Positions 1-13,009 are shown, numbered from the whole stretch's first letter. The stretch is 63,531 nt of DNA, filler included, from Octopus bimaculoides (GCF_001194135.2; 8 parts of 7 records of this genome joined end to end with filler, not necessarily neighbours in it); one strand, 5' to 3'. Notes: a model not told the origin generated them from the letters alone. Made by a program: numbers and translations.

Positions 1-157
1 TATACTTTTGTTATTCTTTTGTGTGTGCTATTCTTTGTGTGTTGAATTTTATTTATTTATGTATGGAAATGAGTTTAAAAAGAGCATTTTACATAAATTT
101 TTTTAAAAAATGACAACTGCAAACATTCACTTGGTACATGTGCAGAGCGGAAGGTGT

Positions 158-189
158 GGGGTGTGGGGGTAGAGGGGGGAAGGTGGGGG
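158..189 (+). other. G-quadruplex-forming motif
   Basis: Four G tracts (G4, G5, G6, G5) separated by 3-5 nt loops: GGGG tgt GGGGG taga GGGGGG aaggt GGGGG. Confidence 0.55.
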
Positions 190-290
190 AGTGTAAGTGG
201 TGAGAGGAGGTGGAGTGGAAGAACAGAACAGCTTAATAATGAGGTAGGTGGCTGAGAATAAGTAGAGGAGTGGCGAGTGGCGTGGGTGGC

Positions 291-509
291 ATGGCGTGCA
301 CATTCGTACTGGATTATGAGAGGCGGATCAGAGACCTTTATGTGAACCCCATCACCACCACCTATCCCTCTCTCTCTGCTGCCAAGTTCTTTGCCTTCCG
401 GTACCACTACGATACAAGTCACATCAACGACATATTCCGTTATCACTCGTCTCTGTTTGATCAATGGTCTCCGGACCATTATTTCTCGAATCCTTCCTCT
501 GTTTTTTGA
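291..509 (+). CDS. Unassigned 72-aa ORF (MACTFVLDYERRIRDLYVNP...PSSVF), possibly a small gene or a mobile-element fragment
   Basis: ATG in GGCATGG context, 72 sense codons, only 6 end in A, CpG retained. No family recognised. Confidence 0.3.
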   Translation: MACTFVLDYERRIRDLYVNPITTTYPSLSAAKFFAFRYHYDTSHINDIFRYHSSLFDQWSPDHYFSNPSSVF

Positions 510-607
510 TCTCCTAAAAATCATTAACGACCCTGACCCTCAGCCGGCCCCTGACTGAAGTAGTTATTTTTTCTTCCCTTTACCTCTATCTGTATTAATC
601 GTTAGGT

Positions 608-982
608 TTGCATGAGGTTAAGAAGCTCACTTTGAAGCTATGTGGTTCTGAGTTCAGTCCCACCGTGTGACACCTTGGGCAGGTGACTTCTACTGTAGCC
701 CTGAACTGACCAGTGTCTTGTGAGCAGATGTAGTAAAGGGAAACTGTATGGAAGCCTATCACATGTTTATGTATGTGGGTGTGTGTTTGTCCCCACCACC
801 ACCATCTTTTGACAGTTGGTGTTAGTTTGCTTATATCCCTGTAACTTAGCTGTTTGACAAAACGGACCAATATAATAAGCGTTAGAATAAGTACTGGCGC
901 CGATGTGTCTGACTAAAACCCTTGAAGGCAGAGCTCCAGCATGGTTGCAGTCCAATGACTGAAGCAAGTAAAAGATAAAACA
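608..982 (+). mobile_element. tRNA-headed SINE, family A (internal microsatellite), degenerate copy
   Basis: Same module order as 58870-59245: GTTCAGTCCCAC-like B box, CACCTTGGGCA..GTG.CTTCTACT, GT-rich spacer, AATAAGTAC, CAGCATGG..GCAGTC.AATGACTGAA tail. Confidence 0.7.
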
Positions 983-2884
983 GCAGTTAAGATGTGTAGC
1001 ACAGCAGTTAGGCTGTCTGGCTCATGACTGTAAGGTAGTGAGTTCAAATTCTCAGACAGACCACCAGCAAATTGTTGTATACTTGGGTAAGGCTCTTAAA
1101 CTTTATGTTGCTCAAATTCACTCAACTGAAAATTAGTTCCACCAATTACACAGTGGCACCTTACAGACTACCAGCCCCAAATCTTGTAAATGCAAGGGTC
1201 AATGACCCTTGACGACTGTGATTCACTGGATGATGAAATCATAGAGGTGAAGATTCAAGTCTAGTTAAAATTAAGCCACACGACACATGGTAAGAGTGTG
1301 ACTGACCTCGCTGCCACAAAGAAATATTAGTATGAAATGGTAAGCGAGGAGTCCAGAGCAGTCTGAGGTGGACACAGTAGTCAGTATCAACACTGGAAGG
1401 AAACTCTACATGGTTACTTGGACTGCTAGAAATAGCAACAAAATCTCCCTTGCATATACTATTCTCTTAAGAGAAAGAATTCTTAAAAAGACATGATGGA
1501 ATGGTCACGGCTGGAATGTCTTTGATCAGAGGGGCACATGCTTTCGGGTTGATTTGGGGGATTAACAACAACAACAGCATTATTAAACAACAGGGTGAGA
1601 GGAAGTGATGATGACTTTTATTTTATGAGAACACAGGATGTGACCATATCAAAATAATATGGAACAAATTACCCCCTCCTTCCCCATCACCTTACCCCAG
1701 TCCTACTCAATTTGTCACTCCTACCCCTCACTCTGTAAACCTCCACCACACACACACACACACACACACACNNNNNNNNNNNNNNNNNNNNNNNNNNNNN
1801 NNNNNNNNNNNNNNNNNNNNNNNNNNNNNNNNNNNNNNNNNNNNNNNNNNNNNNNNNNNNNNNNNNNNNNNNNNNNNNNNNNNNNNNNNNNNNNNNNNNN
1901 NNNNNNNNNNNNNNNNNNNNNNNNNNNNNNNNNNNNNNNNNNNNNNNNNNNNNNNNNNNNNNNNNNNNNNNNNNNNNNNNNNNNNNNNNNNNNNNNNNNN
2001 NNNNNNNNNNNNNNNNNNNNNNNNNNNNNNNNNNNNNNNNNNNNNNNNNNNNNNNNNNNNNNNNNNNNNNNNNNNNNNNNNNNNNNNNNNNNNNNNNNNN
2101 NNNNNNNNNNNNNNNNNNNNNNNNNNNNNNNNNNNNNNNNNNNNNNNNNNNNNNNNNNNNNNNNNNNNNNNNNNNNNNNNNNNNNNNNNNNNNNNNNNNN
2201 NNNNNNNNNNNNNNNNNNNNNNNNNNNNNNNNNNNNNNNNNNNNNNNNNNNNNNNNNNNNNNNNNNNNNNNNNNNNNNNNNNNNNNNNNNNNNNNNNNNN
2301 NNNNNNNNNNNNNNNNNNNNNNNNNNNNNNNNNNNNNNNNNNNNNNNNNNNNNNNNNNNNNNNNNNNNNNNNNNNNNNNNNNNNNNNNNNNNNNNNNNNN
2401 NNNNNNNNNNNNNNNNNNNNNNNNNNNNNNNNNNNNNNNNNNNNNNNNNGTGACGCCATCATCACACCACACGGTCGCCACACCTTGTGTCCTTGCAACA
2501 CATTCAACAACCACTGTCACAAAAGCACCCACCCACTTACTCCCCTCCCCTGCAGCACCCGCCCACCTACCACCCAATTTCCCTCCCCTCACCCCTGCTG
2601 CCGCCGTCATCACACCACTACTAAAACGTTAACATTGCTGCTCTCTTCCCCCCTTGCATCCTCCCCACCGTCAATGCCCCACCGTCATCAGTGCACCACA
2701 TCACACCATCCTATCAATATCATCACAGCAACATCATCAGTCACATTATTCTCACTACTACTATTACTGCTGCTCTTGCTGCTGCTGCTGACGCCATAGA
2801 TTAACTGCGGTCACTATATCCAGGAACTGATAATCTGGTAACAAAAACAAAAAAAATTGCTAATCTATGTCCCTGTAGCTATGA

Positions 2885-3109
2885 TTGAGCTGGCGGAATC
2901 ATTAACATGCTGGGCAGTGAAATGCCTAGCAGCATTTCATCTGTCTTCACGTTCTGAGTTCAAATTCCACCGAGGTCGACATTGTCATTCATCTATTTTG
3001 GGGTTGATAAAATAAGTACCAGTTGCATACTGGGGTTGATATAATCAATTCACCCCCTCCTCCAGAATTGCTGGGCTTGTGCCAAAATTTGAAATCAATA
3101 TTGTTATTT

Positions 3110-3125
<16 letters not shown>
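2885..3125 (+). mobile_element. tRNA-headed SINE, family B
   Basis: GAGCTGGCGGAATCATTA (A-box-like), GAGTTCAAATTCC (B box), GAGGTCGAC, GATAAAATAAGTACCAG, microsatellite tail. An inverted partial copy follows at about 3130-3250. Confidence 0.75.
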
Positions 3126-3143
<18 letters not shown>

Positions 3144-3262
3144 AATGATGACGCAGGGCTGTGTGGTTAAGATCATTTTGAGCTCAGAACGTAACGGCAG
3201 ACAAAATACTGCTAAGCATTTTGACATGGTAATGATTCTTCCAGCTCACTGCCCTTATCATA

Positions 3263-3314
<52 letters not shown>

Positions 3315-4849
3315 TAAAAGAAACTGAAGGTGGTATGTCAAGCACTGCCCCACTTCCTTCCCAGTAAATTTCTCGAAAGGTCAGTGAATGTAGTGAGGAT
3401 GGCCTGAATAAGTGGACCTGCTCTTTAGCTTGCATTTATCTAGGTCGAAGAGAATGGATGGGTAAGGACTGGGTTCCCTGCAGTACCTTTGGTAGTCAGC
3501 ATGATCCAGGATCTGTGGGGTTCCCTGATTGCTCCTGGGTGGTACTCCCTCCTATTAGAGAATTTTGTTGCCAACTTTCTTATGGTTATTGGTTTATTGT
3601 TTACATGTGGATATGTAAATCCCCACCGTCCTTTGAGTCTGTATTGTTCAAACTTTTTTTTCTCAACCCTTGTGACTATGAACCCCTTTGATTCCAATTC
3701 TACTCAGATGGATCTTCCTAGCCATTCAATGTTTAAAAAATTATGTATGTCTATAAATGAATATTAGGAATTGCTTAAAAAAAATTGGTTAAAATATTTT
3801 GTGAACTGTAGAAGTATAACCAATTTATTGCAGATAAATTTTAACAACAAAATCTTAAGGGCCATACAGACCCCCAAAGGCCATACAGACTCCCAAAGGC
3901 TATATGGACCCCAGTTGAGAACCACTGATTTACAACAATCATATCAAGACAAGGTGATACTAACACATACACATTTATCTTGCAAGTTATTTGGTGACCC
4001 TGCCGGTGCTGGTGCCATGTAAAGAGAATTCAGTCATAGTAAACCCTGCCAAAACAGACACAATAGCCTGGTATAGTCTTCTACTTGGCTGGCTCCTGTC
4101 AAACTGTCTGACCCATGCCACCATGAAATATCAACATTAAATGACAATGATGAAGATGATACACAAGATTGGCTTCTTTCAGTTTCCATCGACTAAATCC
4201 ACTCACAAGTCTTAGTAGAAGACACTTACCCAAGGTGTCACACAGTGGGACTGAACGTGACACCGTGTGGCTGAAAAGCAAACTTTACTACCACTCCTAT
4301 TTACACCGTTTGGAAATGTATAAACATCACAACTTCACATTATCCAGACACTACAGGCTTTATGTAAGTTTTACTCTTGATTCAGAGAATATTCTTATTT
4401 ATCACAATGTTTACATATGTTCAGGTGTAGTGCAAGTGCAAACCACTACTTATGTTACTATTTTCCTGTGGTGGTGGTCAAATCTCACATAATGATCTCA
4501 CATTTCCCATTTGTAATAATTCTAAGTTTTTGTGCTACCATAATTAACAAGTAATTATTACTGATGACTAAATGGGAGGTGAGTAAGTATTAGCTCTGAC
4601 TTTCTAACAGCAAACAGTTGTAGCACTCTCAAACGTTATTAGTGGCTTATTAATTAATTCGTTTATTTATTCAAGAGGGTTGAATGCCTGCAGCAATCCT
4701 GAATAGTGAGTGGATTGGGATATTAGACTGGGATACAATAGCAAGATATTCTCAGATAAGGCTGAGAGGAATTTTTAAACTTAAGATGGATGGAGAGAGA
4801 GATAAATGGATTGATCAACAGATAGATAGATAGATAGATAAATAGATAG

Positions 4850-5105
4850 ATCATCATCATCGTGTAATGTACATTTTCCACGCTGGCATGGGTTGGATGG
4901 TTTGACTGGGGTCTGGAAAGCCAGGAGGCTGCACCAGGATCCAATCTGATCTGGCAATGTTTCTACAGCTGGATGCCCTTCCTAATGCCAACCAATCTGA
5001 GAGTGTAGTGGGTGCTTTTTACGTGCCATTGGCACAGGGACCAGAGGGGGCTGGCATTGACCACGTTTGGATGGTATTTTTATGTGCCACCAGCACGGGA
5101 GCCAG
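4850..5105 (-). mobile_element. 3' end of an RTE-type retroelement (LINE 3' UTR or RTE-tailed SINE)
   Basis: GGATGCCCTTCCTAATGCCAACC motif and terminal (CAT)n/(ATG)n microsatellite. A second copy with the same motif lies at about 7420-7660. Confidence 0.55.
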
Positions 5106-6220
5106 TTAAGGGCCATGCAGACCCCCAAAGGACATACGGACCCCAGTTGAGAACCACTGATTTACAAAAATCATATCAAGACAAGCTGTAATTACTGCCA
5201 AAGGCAGTCCTACCCCATATTAAAATAAATTTGAAATTTTAAGGTGTTTCCATTATTTTGTTCAACCCGTGTGTATGTATGTATATATATATTTATATAT
5301 ATATATATATATATGCATACATACATACATATACAGTAGGCTTCTTTCAGTTTGTATCTACCAAATCTATTCATTAATTGCGTGTGGCCTGAGGCTATAA
5401 TGGAAGATACTTGTGCAAGGTGCTACGCAGTGGGACTGAACCTGGTACCATGTGGTTGGGATGCAAGCTTCTTACCACACAGCCACACCTGTACCATGTT
5501 GAATTAAGTTCCAAAAAAGAAAAGAATGAAAAGGCAATTTAATTAATGGTTAAAAAAACTATTCCACAATATATCCATAAATATCTATTCCCAGATCCAG
5601 TACTTTTGTTACTAAGGTATGAAAGATGTTAAGAATGGTGGTGGTGGTGGTGGTAGTGGGGGAACTCTGCAGCAAACAGACTCAAAACTTCAAGTTAAAC
5701 AGAAGCTGGGAATTGTTCTCCAAAAACCAGCTCTGCCTTTCTTCTTTTATTTATTTATGTTTTTCCTATTTCTATAAAAGTGTAAATCTTACAAACCAAA
5801 GAAAATGCTTTTTGCACTCAATTCCGCATTGGTCAAAGCAAATCCTTCTCATTGTTGGTTTCTATCCATATATAGCAAAACCCAACAACTTCATTAAATC
5901 TAGCATTCCGTCCAGCCTGGTCGTCATTAACTTGTGGAATATCTGTACATTTTTTTTTTTTTCTGCAAATATCTTTCAATGACAGCTTTGCAGCTTGATT
6001 TCTATGATTCCAAACAACTGTCCATAGGTACATTTGTCATTTGTCCTTCCCAAAGCACGTCCAATCAAATTTAATCTTTATTTTTTTTTTCCAACAAAAA
6101 TTAAAAAAAGACACACACACAAAAGAAAAAACCAAAATCAAAATTGCTATCAGCTGAGGAAGTCTGCAACTCTTGCAATTAGTTTTTCCACTATTTATTA
6201 TTTATATAGCAATTTAATTT

Positions 6221-6269
<49 letters not shown>

Positions 6270-6585
6270 GATTCCAAGTGCAGCCGGCAAAAGAGGTGAA
6301 TGTCCAGAGCAGTTAGTTATTGCTTCTGCTCATTGTCGTCGAGGAATGAGGAAGGCCCCCAGGCCACAAGGATATTTATAAGAAATGGTGAACAACTAAA
6401 AAAAAAAAATGGCTAAACTAAACTGAGAACAACCAAGCACAACAATGACAACAAGAGCAACAGTTTACCAATACAAATGATGACAACAATGACGATGATG
6501 ACGATGACGACAGCAGTTCCAGCAACAATAGCAAGTGTCAGTTATAATCTCCAAACAAATACAAAACAGTTACATGTGAATGGAT

Positions 6586-6775
6586 GGTGTGTGTGTGTGT
6601 GGCTGTGTATCTGTGCGTGTATGGTGTTTGTGTGTGTATGCATGTTTTTACGTGGTGTATGTGTGTGTATGATGTTTGTGTGTATTTATTTATGTAAGTG
6701 ATGTGTGTATGCGTGTGTGGCTGTTTGTGTGTATGGGTGTGTGTACATGTAGGTAAGCGTATGTGTGGAGTGTGC

Positions 6776-6808
<33 letters not shown>

Positions 6809-6935
6809 AGGGAGATTGGGTGATTGTGGGGGAGGAGCTTTGTGTGTGTAGCTGTGTGTGAGTGTGTGTATGTATGTGTGTATATGTATTTAAATATGTA
6901 ATATGTGTGGATGTGTGTGTGTGTGTGTGTGTACA
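6586..6935. repeat. (GT)n-rich compound microsatellite
   Basis: Degenerate GT/GTAT dinucleotide array. Confidence 0.9.
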
Positions 6936-7889
6936 CGGAAGAGGAATAAAAACTGAAACAATCTGAAAATAGCAGATGAGCAGCCCACTGTGGATTAGAA
7001 ATGCCAGCATCTTTTTAATACCAGTCTGAGAATAGTAACATAACAATCCTCGGTAGATTAACAGATGCTGCCGTCTCCAACAAAGTGAGCTAATCTTTGA
7101 ATGCAACTTGTTTAGGAGCGATCTGTTGTTTTCATGTTGTCTCTTCCCAATGACCATGTCATTAAGTTTTGTCATTGTTGAAACGAACTTATTGAAAGAA
7201 GCTGCGATACCTAAGTGGAAAGAGCATGTGACTTTTGACTGGGGTGGTAGGGTCGGCTTGTGTGTCGTATTTTGGTGTGGAACTGCCGTTGTGACTGCGC
7301 TGCGCTGTGATGTGGTTGTGCAATTTGTTCGGTGACGCAACTCTCACATAAAGCCCAAGATAACCCCGAATCACCAAAATAGGTCGTGTGGAGCTGACTT
7401 TCAGTTCCTTGCTGCAGGTTTCATCATCATCGTCATCATCGTCATCAATACAACATTTAATGACCATTTTCCTTGCTGGTATGGGTTAGATGGTTTGAGA
7501 GGAACTGGTAAGGCCAGGAGCTGCACCAGATTCCATAGTCTGTTGTTCAGGCTTGGTTTCTACAGCTGGATGCCCTTCCTAAAGCCAACCACTTCACAGA
7601 GTGTACTGGGTGCTTTATACGTGGCATCAGCACCAGCTCCAATGCTTTTTATGTGGTACCTCGGTTTGAACAGACCCATTTAGTTTTGTCAGTCTCTCTC
7701 CTAGCTTTTGAAAAAAAAAACACTGCAGAGCAGCATCACCCTCAGTGATTTAGTAGAACCAGAGTCACAATTCTAGGATTTAGAAGAGATTCTAGTGGAA
7801 ATGGTGGTTGTTTTTCTGAGTAGATGTATTCTGAGAGATACCCCTTTATCTTGTTCTCTGTTTAGAATTAAAAGAATAGAGAGGCAAAG

Positions 7890-7916
7890 AAAAATGAGAG
7901 AGAGAGAGAGAAAGAA

Positions 7917-7949
<33 letters not shown>

Positions 7950-8123
7950 ATAATAAGTGTGTGTAGAAAAATAATACTAGATATGGACAAGAAAGACAAA
8001 GTGCATGTGTTTGTGTGAGTATGTGTGTGTGTGTGAGAGAGAGACAGACACAGAGAGAGAGAAAATAATAGTGTTAGAAGTGTGTGTTGAAAAATAATAC
8101 TAGATATGGACAAGAAAGACAAA

Positions 8124-8183
<60 letters not shown>

Positions 8184-8200
8184 NNNNNNNNNNGAGAGAA

Positions 8201-8256
<56 letters not shown>

Positions 8257-8260
8257 TCTG
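7890..8260. repeat. (GA)n-rich compound microsatellite with a short internal duplication
   Basis: GA arrays. The segment AAAATAATACTAGATATGGACAAGAAAGACAAAGTG occurs twice. Confidence 0.85.
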
Positions 8261-8945
8261 TGTATAAGAAAGAGAAAAGGAAAAAAAAACTGAACAAAAA
8301 TCGAAACTAAGAAAGAAAGGTAAATATGAGAAGAACATAGACATATATAGGGATAGTAGAGAGGGTGAGAGAAAAAAGAAGAAAGGGAAATTAGGTGTGG
8401 ATGGGTGGAGAATAGTACCGAATGGTGTATGGGGTACAGAGGAAGACTAGCCACACAGCTGATAGAGAGGGGGAGGAGAGAGAGAATGTAAGGGGTGAGA
8501 GAAGGGAGTGTGAGGAAAGAAAGAGACTGTGAGGAGAGAGAGAGAGAGTGTGGGGAGAGAGTTTGTGGGGAATAAAGAAAGGCTGGACAAACATGAGAGA
8601 GAGAGTATGACATAGAAAGCAGATAAGGAAGAATCTTTATACAAAAACATTCCATCAGATAAAATAAAGAAAGGAAGAGAGACTATAAGTGGCTGTATGG
8701 GAAGCCTCCGATGACAAGGGGATGTCGGATATGTCACTCAAAAGGATCATATAAACATGTTGCCTTACAAAATCCTCCGAACCCTAACACCTCCAACCCA
8801 ACACTCTTACAACATCACTTCTCCAAAAATCTTTCATTATGAACAAGCAGTTATAGCTTCATTTCTCTTCTGTTATCCATTAATCTGTTTGTTTTTATGT
8901 CTGTTTTCCTATGCTAGCATGGGTTTGCTGAATATGTACTATTAA

Positions 8946-9183
8946 CTTGTTAGCATTGAAATCGGCCATATCTGGCCCAAATATTCTACTTCAATCTATT
9001 CTACTACAAATATTCTATATTCAATCTGGCCAGATCTGGCCTCTCACACCTACCCTACAATGTCATTCTAAACATAAACAGTCACATAATTGAAATCTCA
9101 AAGCTACAATATAATGTATGATTAATTCAAAACAATGGGAATAAATAAAAATTACGTTTGACAGTAATTTAGACGCTAAGGGG
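8946..9183. mobile_element. Short non-autonomous DNA element with degenerate piggyBac-like ends
   Basis: TTAA at 8942-8945 followed by cttgTTAGC. The right end reads GCTAAgggg followed by TTAG. Confidence 0.4.
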
Positions 9184-9715
9184 TTAGGGCATTGTTTTAT
9201 AGAGAGAGGCCCTTTCCTATCACTAACCTTTATTTTGTATTTTTCAAGTAAGGGATTATTTATTCCATTGATCTTTGAAAGACGCAGAATATAAACCAAT
9301 ATACATATGCAAACATCTTTTATTCTTTTGTTTATTTAAGACATTAAACTGTGGCCGTGCTGGGGCATTGCTTTGATTGAAGGGTATAGTCAAACTAATT
9401 ACTTTCAATGATTATTATTGGGTTTTGGCATTTATTCCAATGGTCTCTTTTGCAAAGTATTAATCTTCAAGGATGTAAACAAACTAACATTAGGTCTTCA
9501 ACAGAGAAAGGTCAAACAAACACATCACACACACAAACATGCAATGGGCCAACATGCATCTTTTCGCCTAAGAAACTCACAGAACATTGACTGCTCAGAG
9601 GGTTCTATGGTATAAGCCATTTGCCCAAGGTACCATGTGACAGAACTTGGAACCACATGGTTGGGAAGTAAACTCCTTACTCACAGACATTAAGTGATGA
9701 TGGTGATGCTTTTTT

Positions 9716-10079
9716 GTGTGTGTGGTTTGTGGGAGGAGGTATTTGAGTTGTGCAAGCCTGGTCAGCCATCAAAAATCACACAGGAATCGACCCATGATAA
9801 ACAGTGATGTGGCTATTAAGACTTACAACAAAACATATCTAAAATGTGGAAGGGTGTGCCTCTCATTTGGAAGTCTGAAAAGACATGTTAAGAGAGTGCA
9901 TACGGTGGCACCAGACTTTCCTGCCAGCCAGCACTGCTGTGTAGTATGTAATAAAATTTGTAAAACTTTGACCAGGCTTAAAAGTCATATAAGGGCATCA
10001 CATGACATTGATAATGAATCATTTCAGTCAGTCTTTTTGGCAATGGCTTTTCTCGTGCAACCAGGGTGCAGCTATGATG

Positions 10080-10084
<5 letters not shown>
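9716..10084 (+). pseudogene. Triple C2H2 zinc-finger fragment, probably the C-terminus of a 5'-truncated RTE-type LINE
   Basis: CVVC-x12-HQKSH, (Y)LKC-x12-HVKRVH and CVVC-x12-HIRASH. No TGEKP linkers, no ATG start (TGA at 9704), and the frame runs straight into a (TA)n tail. Confidence 0.65.
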
Positions 10085-10136
<52 letters not shown>

Positions 10137-10349
10137 GTGCGTGTATGAGTGTGTATATGCATCGTCATCATTTTAATGTCGACTTTTCCATGTTTACATG
10201 GATCAGCTGATATAAAAATACACTCACACACTCACAGAGACACACACACATGACAACTGATGAGTCCCTTAACCCCTTGGGGGTTGTTGGGACACTGCAG
10301 CCATGCAGTATATCGAGGGCAAGAAAGCCTGGCGGAGCCCATCCCGCTC

Positions 10350-10502
10350 CAGCCTAAACTCATTTCTACAGCTGAGTGGACTGGAGCAACATGAAGTGAA
10401 GTGTTTCATTCAAGAACACAATACACTGCCCAGTCCAGGGATTGAAACCGCAATCTTACAGCCGTGAAACCAACACCCTAACCACTAAGCAATGTGCCTC
10501 CA
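10350..10502 (-). mobile_element. tRNA-headed SINE with CORE-like central segment
   Basis: Minus strand reads GTGGAGGCACATTGCTTAGTGGTTAGGGTG...GGTTTCAATCCC...GTGTTCTTGAATGAAACACTTCACTTCATGTTGCTCCAGTCCACTCAGCTG. Confidence 0.65.
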
Positions 10503-10837
10503 CTAGTGGTACTCATTTCTACAGCTGAGTGGACTGGAGTGGCAAAGAAAGTGTTGTGTATCTTCTACTATAATAATCTACTATAATAATACTCTTGTGT
10601 ATTTCTCATGCTGCTGGCTTTGTCCTGTAGCAAAATTAATCAAAAGACATGCTAAGCATGTCCAGCAGGTAGACATACTTAGTATGTCCTTTGATCAAAT
10701 TTAATCCTTCAGATATATATAGATATANNNNNNNNNNNNNNNNNNNNNNNNNNNNNNNNNNNNNNNNNNNNNNNNNNNNNNNNNNNNNNNNNNNNNNNNN
10801 NNNNNNNNNNNNNNNNNNNNNNNNNNNACACACACAC

Positions 10838-10868
<31 letters not shown>

Positions 10869-11089
10869 CACACACATTCACACACACAGTTGATACATAT
10901 ATATTTATGGATGACGATGATTATAAAAATTTATGTTTATGTGTATAAACATTTATATATGTGTGTGTGAGTGTGTGTGTGTGCATATGTACAGTTATAT
11001 TGTAAATAAGTAAGAGAAGCTATCAACTAACATAACAGAGCCTTCCAGGTGTTTTAGATAATATATTTCTAATGTTCTCTGAGAGTGTC

Positions 11090-12185
11090 GGCTAGATTCA
11101 ACACCTGCCTTTTGTCATACCTAACTGTGATTCCATAACTCTTCTTCTTGTGCATCCATAGTTTACAATGAGTACAATAAATGAAATTCTCACCTACTCC
11201 TTTTTTCTGTATATTCCACAAGGTCGTTTCTCTAGTGGAAGCAGGATCCTGTCTGCTTACCCACTTGCTAATACTTTAATCTTTGTTTAGTTAACTTTGA
11301 AGCCTCTTGCTTCTGGATGTTGCTTCCACAGCTAGAATTTCTTCTGCTACAGATTCTGTTACACGTGCTAGGTCATTAGCATATAGTTCCCACAGGCAGT
11401 CTTAAATTACTCTTATAATTTGTAAAAAAAACCCAAAAAAACTATAATAAATAAAAGGCTGAGAATTAAGTCTTGATGACCCACTTGCTCATTAAACCCC
11501 TCAACAAACTCATTAAACCCCTCAACAAACTCATTACCATCTCCTACTAAACTCCATCTGAACTAGCCTTGTTACCAACCCAAAAGGTATCTATATTTGT
11601 GTCCAAGCCAGGTGTAACCCTGCTCCATGTCATCTCTTGCACACACAGCGCATATCAACTCACCTCAGCTTTAGCATCTATATAATCTCACTAGACCTAT
11701 CTTTTATTGTAATGTACATATGGTGTGGGCATGGCTGGGTGGTCAAGGAGCTTGCTTAGCAACCATGTGGTCTCAGGTTCAGTCTGATTGCATTTCTGAA
11801 CACGACTTGCACCAATCTCACAAGTCATTCATCGACATTCAGTGTTCTTATAAAGACTAGGCTACAGACCATAGCAGTCAGTTGAAGGTATTCCTCAAAA
11901 TAAAATGGCATGGTACAAAGGCTTACTTTTTAACTACAAACTTCTTTCAAAATTATCTCACTATGAAGAGAAGATCAGTGGTACCCAGACCCGGCATAAA
12001 TTTAAACTGCATCTCATCTAAGCTGATTCACATTATGATCAGTTTTGTTAAGAGTCTTTGTGTTATTCTTGTAATTTGGTTCATCAGTTTAGAACCTCTC
12101 CTTTTTTAGAGATGTTACTTTCCACAGCATCTCTTTTTTCCACTCAAAGCAGTCACTGGGATATACAAAGTGACAGAAGCCTCAA
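11090..12185 (-). mobile_element. Degenerate RTE-clade LINE reverse-transcriptase fossil, interrupted
   Basis: Minus-strand translations SLDEMQFKFMPGLGTTDLLFIVR (about 11950-12030), then WELYANDLA (YADD motif), RGFKVN.TKIKVL and CTHCKLWMHKK (about 11140-11390). Confidence 0.75.
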
Positions 12186-12511
12186 TGATAATTCAAAAAC
12201 AACATAGGCTGAGAGAGGAAGGCTTTTCTTCAGGAGCAAAGATCTTAAGTAAGTAAAGTAATATATTGTATCACTGTTTATAAAATAGGTACCTCATATC
12301 TGTATGTGTACCATAAGAGTTAACCAAAAGGTGAGCATCAGGAAGAGCATCCTGCAGTAAAATGAAGTCCCCAAAAAATTCTTATCCAGCCTGTGTGGGC
12401 ATAGAAAAATAGCTGTAAAATGGTGATACACAAATACACACACACACACACACACATGTAGATACATACATATACACATATATTCACACACACACACACA
12501 CACGCACACAT

Positions 12512-12542
<31 letters not shown>

Positions 12543-12561
12543 TACACACACACATATACAC

Positions 12562-12608
<47 letters not shown>

Positions 12609-13009
12609 GACGTGTGTGTTGGGTAAGTATAAAACTATTAACAAACTGTGTGTGTGTGTGTGAAACTACTCGGACGATGACAATTTCAATACATAAAAGA
12701 GCATATAATTCATTCAATTACGCTCGCTCACAACACGATTTTTCTCTTTTAAATAACCATATCCAATTGTGTATAATACGTCAAATTTGATACAAAACAT
12801 TAAGTTCAAGTTGGAAAGACGAATAGTATTCATTATGCTTGGGCTCACGACTGTAAAATATATATTACCTACTTTTAGTCTTAAAAAGTAGGGGGTTGCA
12901 TTCGGTGGTATAGCGTGGGCTGTTAGAGCCAGGGGCAAGATAAGTATTTCAAAACAGAGTGCTATTACTTATTAGTTTATTAAGTTTTGCCTTTTGGAAT
13001 TTTTGCTCG

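Noticed and set aside
1659-2613. Long ORFs spanning N gaps (also about 30.4-31.5, 32.5-33.5, 34.5-35.7, 38.4-39.2, 39.5-40.5 and 55.1-56.0 kb)
   Set aside because: They stay open only because N codons are not stops.
5833-6033. Minus-strand ORF considered as oxt exon 2 (also 3440-3697 and 15550-15780)
   Set aside because: No XYLT-like motifs, and no phase-0 acceptor giving an open frame to a donor.
6538-8655. HT-, CV-, RE-, LS- and YI-rich ORFs throughout the window
   Set aside because: Translations of dinucleotide microsatellites.
10257-10293. CTGATGA followed by a long GTCCC...GGGAC hairpin, resembling a Schistosoma-type hammerhead
   Set aside because: The hairpin is followed by ACTGCAG, not GAAA, and no helix III or cleavage triplet could be built.
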